58,098 nt of DNA from Bdellovibrionales bacterium (GCA_050633065.1 JBOEFV010000036.1:1-58098); one strand, 5' to 3'; positions 18,213 to 28,349 are shown, numbered from the stretch's first letter. Numbers and translations are program-made. The notes: generated from the sequence alone by a model not told the origin.

Positions 18213-19997
18213 ATGACTGGACCTTCTATTATAAGAGCTGTTTTAACAGTATTTAGCGTATTTTTATCGCTTGGCTGCGGCTCGGTAAAATACTCTTCTG
18301 TTGCCAGTGGCATTTTAAATAGAACTTGGACTGTTGACCAAGCAAGTCCAGATGAAAAAGCATATTGTGCTGATTCCATTTTTCATACCCCTAGTCATTT
18401 AATCTCAGGGCAGGCTTCTTTTGAATACCGCCCAATAAGTGTAGAACTAGGAGAAGAGGGTCTTCGTGATATCGCTGAAGACACTAGGCCCATAAGACAT
18501 GCTCAATATGATGTGACCGATGCCAGTGGAACAATCCTTCAATGTGGTGAAACCGATGGTGATGGCAATTTCTCTTTCTCAGTTCCGCAAAACAATAGAG
18601 CACTTTCCATTAATATCTATACCCGCTCTAATAACTCCTTTAACAGGGCCAGTGTTTTTATTGCCCCAGAGACTAACGAACTCCATAAGATTCAATATTT
18701 TTTTACTGCAAACAAAAGCGCATCAAATATTGAGATTGTAGCCGAAGGAGATGGCAGCCTCATTGGCGGAGCGTTTAATATTTTAGATCAAATTCACAAC
18801 TCTTTTGATTCTCTAGCTGTACACACTTCCCCCGGCGAAGGCATAAACCCTTTAGACATCCCCAAAGTTGATATCTACTGGGAAAAAGGCTTTAACCCTG
18901 GCGTTTATGTCGATGTTAACTCCGGGCTTTCATTTTTCTCAAAGCCTCAGATGAAGCTCTTTATTTTAGGAGGGTCAAATGGAGATGTCGACTATGCGGA
19001 CACAGATCATTTTGACAACTCCATTATTCTTCACGAATATTTTCATTTTCTTGAATCCGCAATTTCAATTTCACATAGCCCTGGCGGCACACATAGCGGA
19101 AACGAATTACTTGATCCTAGATTGGCATGGTCTGAAGGAGCAGCTCAATTCTACCAAGCCTTTGTTACAAACACCCCAACAGTCTTAGACACTCGAGGGA
19201 ATACTGATGGCTCAACCGGATTTTATTTAAAACTTTCTGTAGAAAATGAAACTACAGATCAACCTATTGAAGAAGGCGAGGGAGAGTTTAGAGAATTTGC
19301 TGTTGCAAGGCTTCTTTGGGACATACATGACATAGAAGATGCTGAAGAGGCACCTGAAAATTTTGATAATGTTAACGGCTTCTTTTCAAATTTCTGGAGA
19401 GCTTTTAGCGGCACAAGTTTAACTCCGAGCTTTAATCATGACAAAGCCTATTTTGCTTCTTCAAGTCTGTTGCTAGATGCGATCAATCAAGACAGTCCTA
19501 TTCAAGGAAATGCTGACTGGAATGAATTGCTCCTTCATAGCTTTATGACTCAACCTATACACACTCCAGTGAATTCTTTTCGTGCACAGTATGGGCAGAA
19601 TATTGTTCCTGGCACAACTGCAACTTTTAGCTTCACCGGGCCTTTTTTCTTAGAAGACCCATACCTTCCTAACAATCACCCCGTAGCCTCAATTGATTAC
19701 TACAGTTTACATGTTCCATCTGGAGTCACTCAATCCATTTCTGTAACATCCACAACTGTTGATGGTACTGGCGGAGCGGTTCAACTATATGTCTTTGATT
19801 CTAACTACACTAATCTGACTGAGTTCATTCATGGCCCTTTAGAGGAGGGAGTGCCCGTCAACCTCGATGGGGAGCCCGGTACAGGTACGGTTTACCTAAT
19901 CGCAGTCGTTGTTAGCGACCTTCCCATTAAAACTGTCAGCTCTGTTGAAGCAACATTGAATTATTCTTTTCCTGGATATAATATAGGAGGCTTTTAA
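18213..19997 (+). CDS. Lipoprotein, putative gluzincin-type zinc metalloprotease
   Basis: 594 aa. Lipobox FLSLGC. HExxH as ILHEYFHF, with WSEGAAQFY 29 residues later, which is the position and style of the third-ligand NEGxA block of MA(E) peptidases. Confidence 0.5.
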   Translation: MTGPSIIRAVLTVFSVFLSLGCGSVKYSSVASGILNRTWTVDQASPDEKAYCADSIFHTPSHLISGQASFEYRPISVELGEEGLRDIAEDTRPIRHAQYDVTDASGTILQCGETDGDGNFSFSVPQNNRALSINIYTRSNNSFNRASVFIAPETNELHKIQYFFTANKSASNIEIVAEGDGSLIGGAFNILDQIHNSFDSLAVHTSPGEGINPLDIPKVDIYWEKGFNPGVYVDVNSGLSFFSKPQMKLFILGGSNGDVDYADTDHFDNSIILHEYFHFLESAISISHSPGGTHSGNELLDPRLAWSEGAAQFYQAFVTNTPTVLDTRGNTDGSTGFYLKLSVENETTDQPIEEGEGEFREFAVARLLWDIHDIEDAEEAPENFDNVNGFFSNFWRAFSGTSLTPSFNHDKAYFASSSLLLDAINQDSPIQGNADWNELLLHSFMTQPIHTPVNSFRAQYGQNIVPGTTATFSFTGPFFLEDPYLPNNHPVASIDYYSLHVPSGVTQSISVTSTTVDGTGGAVQLYVFDSNYTNLTEFIHGPLEEGVPVNLDGEPGTGTVYLIAVVVSDLPIKTVSSVEATLNYSFPGYNIGGF

Positions 19998-20407
19998 TGC
20001 GTTATATATCTGTTTTATTAACATTACTTTTTTTAAATGCCTGCTCTTCTAAAAAACAAGCCGTCCATCACTCACATACCATGAAGCTCCAAAAAGAACT
20101 CTCTGTTCATTTTGTAGGACCAGACAAAGTTTCTTTTTTAATTAGTTCTTCAAAGCATAAAGACATGACTTTAAAAGTATTTGCTGTGATGGCAGATAAG
20201 GAAAAAACTTTACTAGTCTCAAAAGATATCGACCATTCTGCGGAGGCAACTTTCTCGCTCCCAGATGATATAGAGACATATACTTATATTGTTGCGCTTA
20301 TTGAAGGAAGCGATCTGAATGGAAATAAAATATCAAGTGTTGAGACCTATAAGGTTGGTGAACAAGAACAGATCAACCGGGCAAAAAAGGCAATTTCAAA
20401 TAATTAA
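19997..20407 (+). CDS. Small lipoprotein, unknown function
   Basis: 136 aa. Lipobox LFLNAC. Start shares TAATG with the upstream stop. Confidence 0.5.
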   Translation: MRYISVLLTLLFLNACSSKKQAVHHSHTMKLQKELSVHFVGPDKVSFLISSSKHKDMTLKVFAVMADKEKTLLVSKDIDHSAEATFSLPDDIETYTYIVALIEGSDLNGNKISSVETYKVGEQEQINRAKKAISNN

Positions 20408-22374
20408 AAAATAGATATAGAGTAAGGCTTTGCCATTACAACTCTATTTAAGAAAGTTTCTCTTCCTTTGATTGAAACAACTACAGATTTCAACCCTCTT
20501 GAAACTTCTGTAATGATGAACCCACCACCTACTCTACCGCTTTCTGTAGCATCACCATATTTATCAAAATAAAAGATTTGTGAACCAGAAGAAAGTGCTG
20601 TCGTTGTTTCCTTAACTACCTTGAAATCATTTTGATTGATAAAGCCCACAACAAAGCCCATTGCTCTATTCGCATTTGATCTTCTATTGTTTAAAAACTT
20701 ATCTAACCACTCTTGCTTAACAACTCTAAAATTTTTCTTTCTCGCTTTTGCAGACGTTAAATAAATATGTCCCGTATGCTCCTCTGACCGATCTATTCGT
20801 AGCGACAAAAGCTCCGGATTCGTTAAAGTTGATACCTGAACATACCCCTCTGTACTTACTTGATACCCATCTTCAATTCCCGTTTCATATAAAGAAAAAG
20901 TTTCACTCTTTCTACTTCTTGGAAAAATTTCGGCAGAGGCTACTAACCCTGGGTTTTCTTTTATATTAAGCTGTCCTTGTGAAATTCTTCCCTCTCTTAC
21001 AAGGTACCATTTTTGAGCAACAACCTTAGTTCCGCGAACCGCCTGCACTAAGTAGCCACCATCAGGAACGTTTATAAAAATGAAGCCTCCATTAGTTGTT
21101 GTTTTTGTAAGACTCGGATTTGCCGACCCGTTTGGATTAAAATATACAGGTTTTTGATACTCACTACTAAAGAGCCTCACTTTAATGTTTTGCTGAGCAA
21201 AACCTTTTTGGGTTACACTGCCAACAATTGCTGAGCGAACTTCAACATCTTCCCCAAAAGGATCAAGAGTTCTCGCAAATTTTGCAAACTCCTTTTTCTT
21301 TATTAAACGTGGATATAAAGGCTTCCCCGCAACTCCAAAGTTTAAATCAGACCAATAATTTTTAGATTTTGTCTCAACAATAAATGAAGAACCTTTTTCA
21401 AAGAGATCTTCATTGAAGTAGCCCTCTTCATCAACTTTTAAAGTGCCTTCTACCCCTTCAACTTCTTTCTCAGCCGCCATCACTTCTTTTTCAAAGCCCT
21501 TAACTGATTCAGATGAACTTAACACTCGCCCTGTCAAAAGCGTTTCAGATGGAAATATTGTAACTCTTAGGTTTTTTAAACTGGCTTCTTCTAAATTTTG
21601 CTCACCATATGCAAGCACATCACCTTTTTCAGACCTTAACTCAACAGAAAGTATTCCTTTAGTTGAACCAACCTCCATCTCAAAAGTATCTTGGTCCGCA
21701 TCTACAACACCACTTTCATAAATTTTTCCATCTAAGCTTCTATTTATATAATAGCTAAAATGCTCACCAAAGAAATTACCTTCTCCCTCAAGAGAGATTG
21801 AACCTTTAATTACATTTGATGAATAAGCTGCTACCGTAATAGCCTCAGAAGACACCATACCTGCTAAATTAACCACTTCTGTTGATTTCACAACTTTATC
21901 AGCTGGAAGTCTTTGTATGCTTACCCCACTAGGCAGCTCTATGATGTCAGCAGCTTCTGCCGAACTTAATCTTTCAATTTGCTTTGTTGTAATTATAGGC
22001 TCTCTTAAATTTTTAACAGGGCTGGTGTTTGATGAAAGCTGAATATTCTTTTTAACCAAAAACTTACTTGTGAAATGAGCAACCCCAATTCTTTCACCTT
22101 TTAGATTAATCTTTTCTAACTTTAAAGGCTTAGCTTTTAAAGAAACCTTTAAACCTTTTAGATTAATTTTCTTTTCCTCTTTTGGTTTTGGCTTGTTGTG
22201 ATCTAAAAACTCTTTGATCACAAAAGCATCTTCAATTGCTGAAAACGCAGGAGAGGTTCTGTCTGCAACAATTTTATCTTTTGATAAATAAAGCCTTTGG
22301 ATATTTGCAATTTGGCGTGGCGATACAGCTGTTAATAAAAATAATGAAGCTGCAACAAAAGGATATCCACGCAT
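20404..22374 (-). CDS. Large secreted protein, unknown function (one carboxypeptidase-regulatory-like beta-sandwich segment)
   Basis: 656 aa with an N-terminal signal-like segment (FVAASLFLLTAVS). The segment NGGFIFINVPDGGYLVQAV resembles CarboxypepD_reg-type repeats. No catalytic motif seen. Confidence 0.55.
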   Translation of the reverse strand: MRGYPFVAASLFLLTAVSPRQIANIQRLYLSKDKIVADRTSPAFSAIEDAFVIKEFLDHNKPKPKEEKKINLKGLKVSLKAKPLKLEKINLKGERIGVAHFTSKFLVKKNIQLSSNTSPVKNLREPIITTKQIERLSSAEAADIIELPSGVSIQRLPADKVVKSTEVVNLAGMVSSEAITVAAYSSNVIKGSISLEGEGNFFGEHFSYYINRSLDGKIYESGVVDADQDTFEMEVGSTKGILSVELRSEKGDVLAYGEQNLEEASLKNLRVTIFPSETLLTGRVLSSSESVKGFEKEVMAAEKEVEGVEGTLKVDEEGYFNEDLFEKGSSFIVETKSKNYWSDLNFGVAGKPLYPRLIKKKEFAKFARTLDPFGEDVEVRSAIVGSVTQKGFAQQNIKVRLFSSEYQKPVYFNPNGSANPSLTKTTTNGGFIFINVPDGGYLVQAVRGTKVVAQKWYLVREGRISQGQLNIKENPGLVASAEIFPRSRKSETFSLYETGIEDGYQVSTEGYVQVSTLTNPELLSLRIDRSEEHTGHIYLTSAKARKKNFRVVKQEWLDKFLNNRRSNANRAMGFVVGFINQNDFKVVKETTTALSSGSQIFYFDKYGDATESGRVGGGFIITEVSRGLKSVVVSIKGRETFLNRVVMAKPYSISIF

Positions 22375-22387
22375 GTGGATATTCTAA

Positions 22388-22849
22388 TTAATAAACCCTA
22401 AAGTCGTCAATGACGTTACCCACTTTCTTAGACTTCTGGAGATAGGCCTTTAGCCTAGCCAAAAATATTTTGGCTACCACATCGTCATAACCAACTACTC
22501 TAAAGTCTTTCTGCACAGAATTTGGGTTTGTCGCCTCTTCAATCTCAACCGTAATTTCAATAGTGTAAGGCCTACTCACTCCACGCACATCAATAATTGC
22601 ACGCCCTCTTTCCGTTTCAACAGAAGCAAGAACAAGCTTTGTACCATTTCTTACAAATGGATGACTCTCAAAGACCCTTCCATCTCTGGACACTGTTTTA
22701 AAATCAACAGGGAAAGCTTTCTTAATTCCCTTTTGAATAACTATAAGTGAGTAGTCAAGATCCATAAGCCTGCTAGTCACAGCACTTACACATGAAGTAA
22801 GACTAAGGCTTAAGAGTAGAGCTGATATTCTAATCATTTGACTAGTCAT
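22388..22849 (-). CDS. Lipoprotein, unknown function
   Basis: 153 aa. Lipobox LSLTSC. 4-nt overlap with the tal stop. Confidence 0.5.
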   Translation of the reverse strand: MTSQMIRISALLLSLSLTSCVSAVTSRLMDLDYSLIVIQKGIKKAFPVDFKTVSRDGRVFESHPFVRNGTKLVLASVETERGRAIIDVRGVSRPYTIEITVEIEEATNPNSVQKDFRVVGYDDVVAKIFLARLKAYLQKSKKVGNVIDDFRVY

Positions 22850-23490
22850 ACGTTTAAAGCTGCTCCATCTTTAATGAACTGCTCAAGTCCTGAATCTGTC
22901 AATGGGTGCTTAACCAACTGGTTAATTGTTTTAAAAGGAAGTGTTGCAATATCAGCTCCAATTAGTGCCGCATCAAGAATGTGCATTGGGTGACGAATAC
23001 TAGCTGCAAGAATTTCTGTATCATAACCGTAGTTATCAAAAATTTGTCTGATTTCACCAATCATTGCCATACCCGGAGTTCCTATATCATCAAGCCTTCC
23101 GATAAATGGAGACACCATCGTCGCCCCTGCTTTTGCTGCTAATAAAGCCTGCACCGGCTGAAAGCATAAAGTTACATTTGTTTGAATTCCTTTTTCAGAA
23201 AAATGCTTTGTTGCTTTTAGACCCTCTAAAGTTAAAGGGAGTTTGATCACAACATTTTTTGCAATTTTCGCTAGCTCTTCACCTTCTTTGATCATTCCTT
23301 CAGAATCAGTAGCTAAAACTTCAGCAGAAACAGGCCCTTTAACAAAGTCACATATTTCAGCAATCAAAGTTTTAAAATCTTTGCCTGATTTAGCAACCAA
23401 ACTTGGATTTGTTGTTACACCATCAACCCAACCATAAGTTGCTGCTTTTTTAATCTCTTCAACATCGCTTGTATCAATAAAAAATTTCAT
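22846..23490 (-). CDS. tal: Short transaldolase / fructose-6-phosphate aldolase family protein
   Basis: 214 aa. [15 protein letters not shown] start. Schiff-base lysine block [21 protein letters not shown] block. Confidence 0.9.
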   Translation of the reverse strand: MKFFIDTSDVEEIKKAATYGWVDGVTTNPSLVAKSGKDFKTLIAEICDFVKGPVSAEVLATDSEGMIKEGEELAKIAKNVVIKLPLTLEGLKATKHFSEKGIQTNVTLCFQPVQALLAAKAGATMVSPFIGRLDDIGTPGMAMIGEIRQIFDNYGYDTEILAASIRHPMHILDAALIGADIATLPFKTINQLVKHPLTDSGLEQFIKDGAALNV

Positions 23491-23517
23491 TCTTTTCCTC
23501 TATATATAGTGTCTAAA

Positions 23518-24204
23518 TTAAAAACCTAAAAAGTCTTCAAATGTATAAGCCCCTGCCTTTTGTTCAGCAAGCCACTCCACCGCATTCAAAGCTCCTTCAG
23601 CAAATACTCCACGATTAAGAGCTTTGTGAGTTAACGTCACCCACTCTTGATCTGTTGCAATGTGGATATTATGAACCCCAAAAATGGACCCGGCTCTAAC
23701 TGCCTTTATCTCAACATCCTCTTTGCCTAAATAATTAACTATTTTGTCTTTGATTTTCACAGCTGTTCCACTTGGGGAATCAAGTTTCTTAGTGTGGTGA
23801 TAATCCTCTACCCAAATCTGTGCATCTCGACTCATCTTCTTAAAAGCCTCAACAGATCTGATCAGACCTGCAACACCTAAACTGTAGTTTCCTGAATGCA
23901 TAAATGGGAAGTCAGCTTTGCCATTATAATCAGCCAAACTAAACCCTGTCGTTCCACTCACCATTGGCTTCTTATTTTCTGAACACCACGCAAACACCTT
24001 TGAAAAAGACTCTGGAAGTGAAAAGTCAATAACAACATCAATTTCTTGAGGGTCCCACTGATTTAAATCTGTAGCCGTTAGATCATCACTTGCGCTGCCA
24101 GCAAAACCACGTATATAAGAAAAACGAGTGCCTTCTTTTAATATATGTTCTTTTATCGCTGTGCCCATACGGCCACTAGCTCCACAAATTGCAACTTTAA
24201 GCAT
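23518..24204 (-). CDS. dapB: 4-hydroxy-tetrahydrodipicolinate reductase (short form)
   Basis: 228 aa. NAD(P) fold VAICGASGRMG. Signature EDYHHTKKLDSPSGTA. Confidence 0.85.
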   Translation of the reverse strand: MLKVAICGASGRMGTAIKEHILKEGTRFSYIRGFAGSASDDLTATDLNQWDPQEIDVVIDFSLPESFSKVFAWCSENKKPMVSGTTGFSLADYNGKADFPFMHSGNYSLGVAGLIRSVEAFKKMSRDAQIWVEDYHHTKKLDSPSGTAVKIKDKIVNYLGKEDVEIKAVRAGSIFGVHNIHIATDQEWVTLTHKALNRGVFAEGALNAVEWLAEQKAGAYTFEDFLGF

Positions 24205-25067
24205 TATAAAACTCCTAAGCTTTTAAGTTCTGCATCAAGCTTTAACGCTAGACCCTCACTAACTCTCAAAAGAGGTAGTCTTAAGTCATCACCATCAATT
24301 ACACCCATTTGCCTTAAAACATACTTCGTAGGTGTTGGATTTGGCTCTGCAAATAAAAGATCACAAAGATTTGCGTACTTAGTAAAGTCATCATCACCCT
24401 TCATACATTTTTTAAACTCTACAGGTACAATATGAGAAAGAACTGATATAACACCATTTCCACCCTCTTTAATAAAATCACAAGTAGACCCATCATCTCC
24501 AGACATAAATATGAAATCATCAGAGATGTTTCCTGATGCCTTTAATTCTTTAAGCTTTGAGATATTTCCTGTGGCATCCTTAATCCCTACAATATTTTTA
24601 ACTTTTGAAAGTTCTGTAATTGTAGCCATGTCCATTTCAACAACAGATCTTCCTGGAATATCGTATAAAACAATGTCTTTACTTGTAGCAGCGGCAACGG
24701 CTTTAAAGTGTGCACACATTCCCGCCTGACTTGGCTTATTATAATAAGGAACCACTATTAAATAACCCGACGGCTCTAAATGCTCAAAGCCCTTAATCTT
24801 TTCAACAGTTCCTTTTGTAGAGTTTGTTCCAGCCCCTAAAATAAGTTGAAACCCTTCAGGGCTGTTTTCTTTAACCGTTTTAAAGATCGCCTCAACTTCG
24901 CTTACTGACAAGTTTGGGCTTTCCGCTGTCGTTCCTGAAACAACAAAACCTTCAACGCCTTGCTCAACTTGTTTCTTAACAAGCCTCGCTAATGACCCAA
25001 AATCAACTTCACCTTTATCATCAAACGGCGTAATTAGTGCCGTGATCATTCCACCTGTAACTTTCAT
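24204..25067 (-). CDS. dapA: 4-hydroxy-tetrahydrodipicolinate synthase
   Basis: 287 aa. GFVVSGTTAESPNLS, PYYNKPSQ, and the Schiff-base lysine block IVGIKDATGN. Confidence 0.9.
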   Translation of the reverse strand: MKVTGGMITALITPFDDKGEVDFGSLARLVKKQVEQGVEGFVVSGTTAESPNLSVSEVEAIFKTVKENSPEGFQLILGAGTNSTKGTVEKIKGFEHLEPSGYLIVVPYYNKPSQAGMCAHFKAVAAATSKDIVLYDIPGRSVVEMDMATITELSKVKNIVGIKDATGNISKLKELKASGNISDDFIFMSGDDGSTCDFIKEGGNGVISVLSHIVPVEFKKCMKGDDDFTKYANLCDLLFAEPNPTPTKYVLRQMGVIDGDDLRLPLLRVSEGLALKLDAELKSLGVL

Positions 25068-25243
25068 TATCTTTTCTCTTTCTTTTTAATTAAATCTTCT
25101 TTTTTTGATTCCACTGGAGCAGCTTTTCTAACTTCCGAAGGCCTGATAAAAGCCTCATCTTTTCTTGGCATAGGAGCACCTTTAACGCCACAGCCTGAAG
25201 CCACCAAACACACCAGTAAACTTAATATAAATACATGTTTCAT
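25067..25243 (-). CDS. Small LptM/YifL-like lipoprotein
   Basis: An ATG at 25243 gives MKHVFILSLLVCLVASGCGVKGAPMP. This resembles the E. coli YifL/LptM lipobox region LTGCGLKGPL. Its stop shares TAATG with the dapA start. Confidence 0.45.
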   Translation of the reverse strand: MKHVFILSLLVCLVASGCGVKGAPMPRKDEAFIRPSEVRKAAPVESKKEDLIKKKEKR

Positions 25244-25291
25244 AGATATATAGAAACATCCCAACCACCCTTGTGGTCAAGACTTTATGGT

Positions 25292-27559
25292 TTAGACACC
25301 CGTATCAGCAAAAGGCTCTATTAGGACTTTTCTAGGCTTACTCCCCTGAGCAGGCCCTACAACCCCTTGAGACTCCATATCTTCAATCAATCTTGCAGCT
25401 CTCGGATATCCAAGTCTAAATCTTCTTTGCAACAATGATGCACTCACTGTTTTTTGAGTAGATACAAAGTTAAGAATTTCATCATATCTATCATCTAACT
25501 GATCTTCTGAATCATGGCCCATTCCTGAACCTGACTCACCATCCTCACTTTCTTCAAATTCAGCTAAGTATTCCGGTTCTCCCTGATCTTTCCAGTGCTC
25601 AACAACACCAGAAATATCATCTTCTGGAGCCCATGAACCGTGTGCTCTTTCTGGCTTTGGTGTTCCAGGGGCCAAGAATAACATGTCTCCTCTTGCAAGA
25701 AGTCTTTCTCCACCGCCTTCATCTAAAATAATTCTAGAGTCTGTTTTAGAGGCCACTTTAAAACTAATTCTACCTGGAATATTTGTTTTAATTAAACCAG
25801 TTACAACATCTCGCCTTGGTGACTGCATCGCTAAGATTAAGTGTATTCCACAAGCTCTGGCCATTTGAGCGAGTCTTACAACAGCAGCCTCAACATTGCT
25901 CTTATCAACGGCCATTAAATCTCCAAACTCCTCCACAATAATTACAATGTATGGAAGCTTTTCAAAATAATATGTCTTTGTTTTTTTCTTTTTTTCTTCA
26001 AATTTTTCGTTTTCCTCTTCGCACTCTTGATACTCTTCGTCAGTAAGCTCTTCTACAATTTCATTAAAGCCCTCTAAGTTTCTTGCGCCAAACTGTGCCA
26101 TTGATCGATATCTTTTATCCATCTCTCTAATCGCCCAACGAAGAGAAGAGATTGCTTTTTTAGGATCTTTAATCACCGGTAGGATTAAATGCGGCAGGTC
26201 TTCAAAGGCTGCTAAATCCACTTGCTTTGGATCTACCATCACAAGTCTTAAATCTTCTGGTGAGTAACGCATAAGTAAGCTTGTTATTGTTGAAACTACA
26301 AAAACAGATTTTCCTGAACCTGTTGATCCTGCAACTAATAAGTGAGGCATTTTTCTTAAATCCACTACCATCGGATGGCCATCTGCTCTTTTTCCAAGGG
26401 CTATTGGAATCTTAACGTCCTCATCCCAAAAATCTTCTGTGCCTAAAATTTCTTTTAAATAAACCGTTCCTCTTGCAGCATTTGAAGATTCAATTCCTAC
26501 AACATCTCTTCCTGGAATTGGCGCGATAATACGAATTGATTCACTTGCTAAAGCTAATGATAAATCGTCAGCCAATTCTGTAATTTTAGAAATCTTAACA
26601 TTTACATTTGGTTTAAACTCAAAAAGTGTTACTGCAGGCCCTGTATGAATTCCTGTGATTTGCCCTTTAACATTAAACTGCTCTAACTTTGAAACAAGCA
26701 ACCTGGCTTTTTCTTGAATCTCTTCATCTTTAATATCTGAAACTTCATCTTCTGGAACATCTTCTAAAAGATCTAGCTCAGGAAGCTCCCAGTCTCCCTC
26801 TTCTGAATTTGACTGAACCTTAGGGAGCTTTGTGTCTATCTTATTAGAAGACCTTTCCACCTTTGGCATTTTAAAAAGAGGCATCCCCTCTTCTTCTTCA
26901 ACAGGTTCTAAAATACTGTCTTCAATTTCTAATTCATTTCTAAAAAGCTTTGGCCCTTTTTTTATAGGAACATCTTCTGTCTCTACACTTTCACTTTCTT
27001 CTTTACTAAAGCTAGGTCTCCATTTTAAAAGCTCTGAAAAAGAAAGCTCTGCTAATGTTTTTTCAGTAAAGACTAGCACGGTAAGAAAAGTTGTTATCGA
27101 AACAAAGATAAAAATTCCACCTTTACTTATAAACGGATAAAGCGCTTGAAAAACTCCTTTTCCTAAAGCTCCACCTGCAAAAATTAAATCATCGTATAAA
27201 TAAAACTTGCTAAAGAATCCAAGCGTTAAACAAATGCTAAACAGCCCAACAAAATAAAAAATGATTTTCTCAGAACTTGGTTTTACTTCACGAATTCCTG
27301 ACCAAAACATCCAAAAAAGAAACAGCACTATTCCCCAGGCTCCAAGCCCTAGAAACTGATACAAAAAATCTGATAGAAAGGACCCCAGTAAGCCACAAAT
27401 ATTATTCGTTGGTTCTGACCAGTTATACGAGTTTGAATGAAACGATAGATCACTTGGACTATAAGAAAATAGCGACAAGGCCGTAAGCCCACTTGCCGCC
27501 AGATAACCAACTGATAAAAAATCTGCTTTTATTTTATTTCTATATATATTTTCTTCCAC
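25292..27559 (-). CDS. ftsK: DNA translocase FtsK
   Basis: 755 aa. N-terminal TM helices, acidic linker, Walker A GSTGSGKSV, and C-terminal gamma winged helix SASLLQRRFRLGYPRAARLIEDME. Confidence 0.9.
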   Translation of the reverse strand: MEENIYRNKIKADFLSVGYLAASGLTALSLFSYSPSDLSFHSNSYNWSEPTNNICGLLGSFLSDFLYQFLGLGAWGIVLFLFWMFWSGIREVKPSSEKIIFYFVGLFSICLTLGFFSKFYLYDDLIFAGGALGKGVFQALYPFISKGGIFIFVSITTFLTVLVFTEKTLAELSFSELLKWRPSFSKEESESVETEDVPIKKGPKLFRNELEIEDSILEPVEEEEGMPLFKMPKVERSSNKIDTKLPKVQSNSEEGDWELPELDLLEDVPEDEVSDIKDEEIQEKARLLVSKLEQFNVKGQITGIHTGPAVTLFEFKPNVNVKISKITELADDLSLALASESIRIIAPIPGRDVVGIESSNAARGTVYLKEILGTEDFWDEDVKIPIALGKRADGHPMVVDLRKMPHLLVAGSTGSGKSVFVVSTITSLLMRYSPEDLRLVMVDPKQVDLAAFEDLPHLILPVIKDPKKAISSLRWAIREMDKRYRSMAQFGARNLEGFNEIVEELTDEEYQECEEENEKFEEKKKKTKTYYFEKLPYIVIIVEEFGDLMAVDKSNVEAAVVRLAQMARACGIHLILAMQSPRRDVVTGLIKTNIPGRISFKVASKTDSRIILDEGGGERLLARGDMLFLAPGTPKPERAHGSWAPEDDISGVVEHWKDQGEPEYLAEFEESEDGESGSGMGHDSEDQLDDRYDEILNFVSTQKTVSASLLQRRFRLGYPRAARLIEDMESQGVVGPAQGSKPRKVLIEPFADTGV

Positions 27560-27698
27560 GTCTAATTGTAGCCATTTCAGCCCTTTTTGTTAATAAAACC
27601 CCTATTTTCTGGCCCCAAAAGAGCATTTTTTATAGTGTTTAAGCCTATTTATAAGTTTTCGCTTCACTTCAGAGTAGCCATCCATTAGTTTGGCCCAA

Positions 27699-28340
27699 AT
27701 GATTAAAATAAACGAAATTTTTTACTCCATTCAGGGCGAATCAAGCCTTACAGGGCTGCCAACGATATTCATTCGCACTTCGGGCTGTCATTTAAGGTGT
27801 AATTATTGCGACACCACGTACGCATATCATGATGGAAAAAGGATAAGTGACGAGGAAATTTTTAAAAAAATTTCTGAATATCCCTGTAAAAGAGTCTGTT
27901 TAACTGGCGGAGAACCTCTGTTGCAAAAAAGCATCATATCACTGATGGGAAAACTTATTGCTGAAGGTTACAGCTGCTCAATCGAGACCTCTGGAGACCT
28001 GGACTGCGCTCCTGTTCCTCCTGAGGTGCTTAAAGTTATAGATATTAAGACGCCGGACTCTGGAGAGCCTGATGCTTTTTGCTTGAAAAACTTACATTTT
28101 GTGGGTGATAAGAACACAGAATTCAAGTTTGTGATCTGTTCTGAAGCAGATTTTGACTGGTCAATCGACTTTGCCGCAAAACATCACATGTTCCAAAATA
28201 GCAAAATACTCTTTAGTCCTTGTCATGAGCAAATTTCAACAGAATGGCTTGCCAAGAAAATTTTAGATTCTGGGCAAAAAATAAGGTTGCAAATTCAGCT
28301 CCATAAAGTAATTTGGCCCACAACAATAAAAGGCATATGA
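27699..28340 (+). CDS. queE: 7-carboxy-7-deazaguanine synthase (radical SAM)
   Basis: MIKINEIFYSIQGES start typical of QueE. Cluster motif GCHLRCNYCDT. The TTG at 27690 is an alternative start. Confidence 0.85.
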   Translation: MIKINEIFYSIQGESSLTGLPTIFIRTSGCHLRCNYCDTTYAYHDGKRISDEEIFKKISEYPCKRVCLTGGEPLLQKSIISLMGKLIAEGYSCSIETSGDLDCAPVPPEVLKVIDIKTPDSGEPDAFCLKNLHFVGDKNTEFKFVICSEADFDWSIDFAAKHHMFQNSKILFSPCHEQISTEWLAKKILDSGQKIRLQIQLHKVIWPTTIKGI

Positions 28341-28349
28341 GGAGAAACC

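Noticed and set aside
27560-27698. A preQ1-type riboswitch or other leader upstream of queE.
   Set aside because: I could not find the compact preQ1 hairpin and A-rich tail consensus by eye. The region also has to hold the divergent ftsK promoter. This has not been tested by a covariance model.
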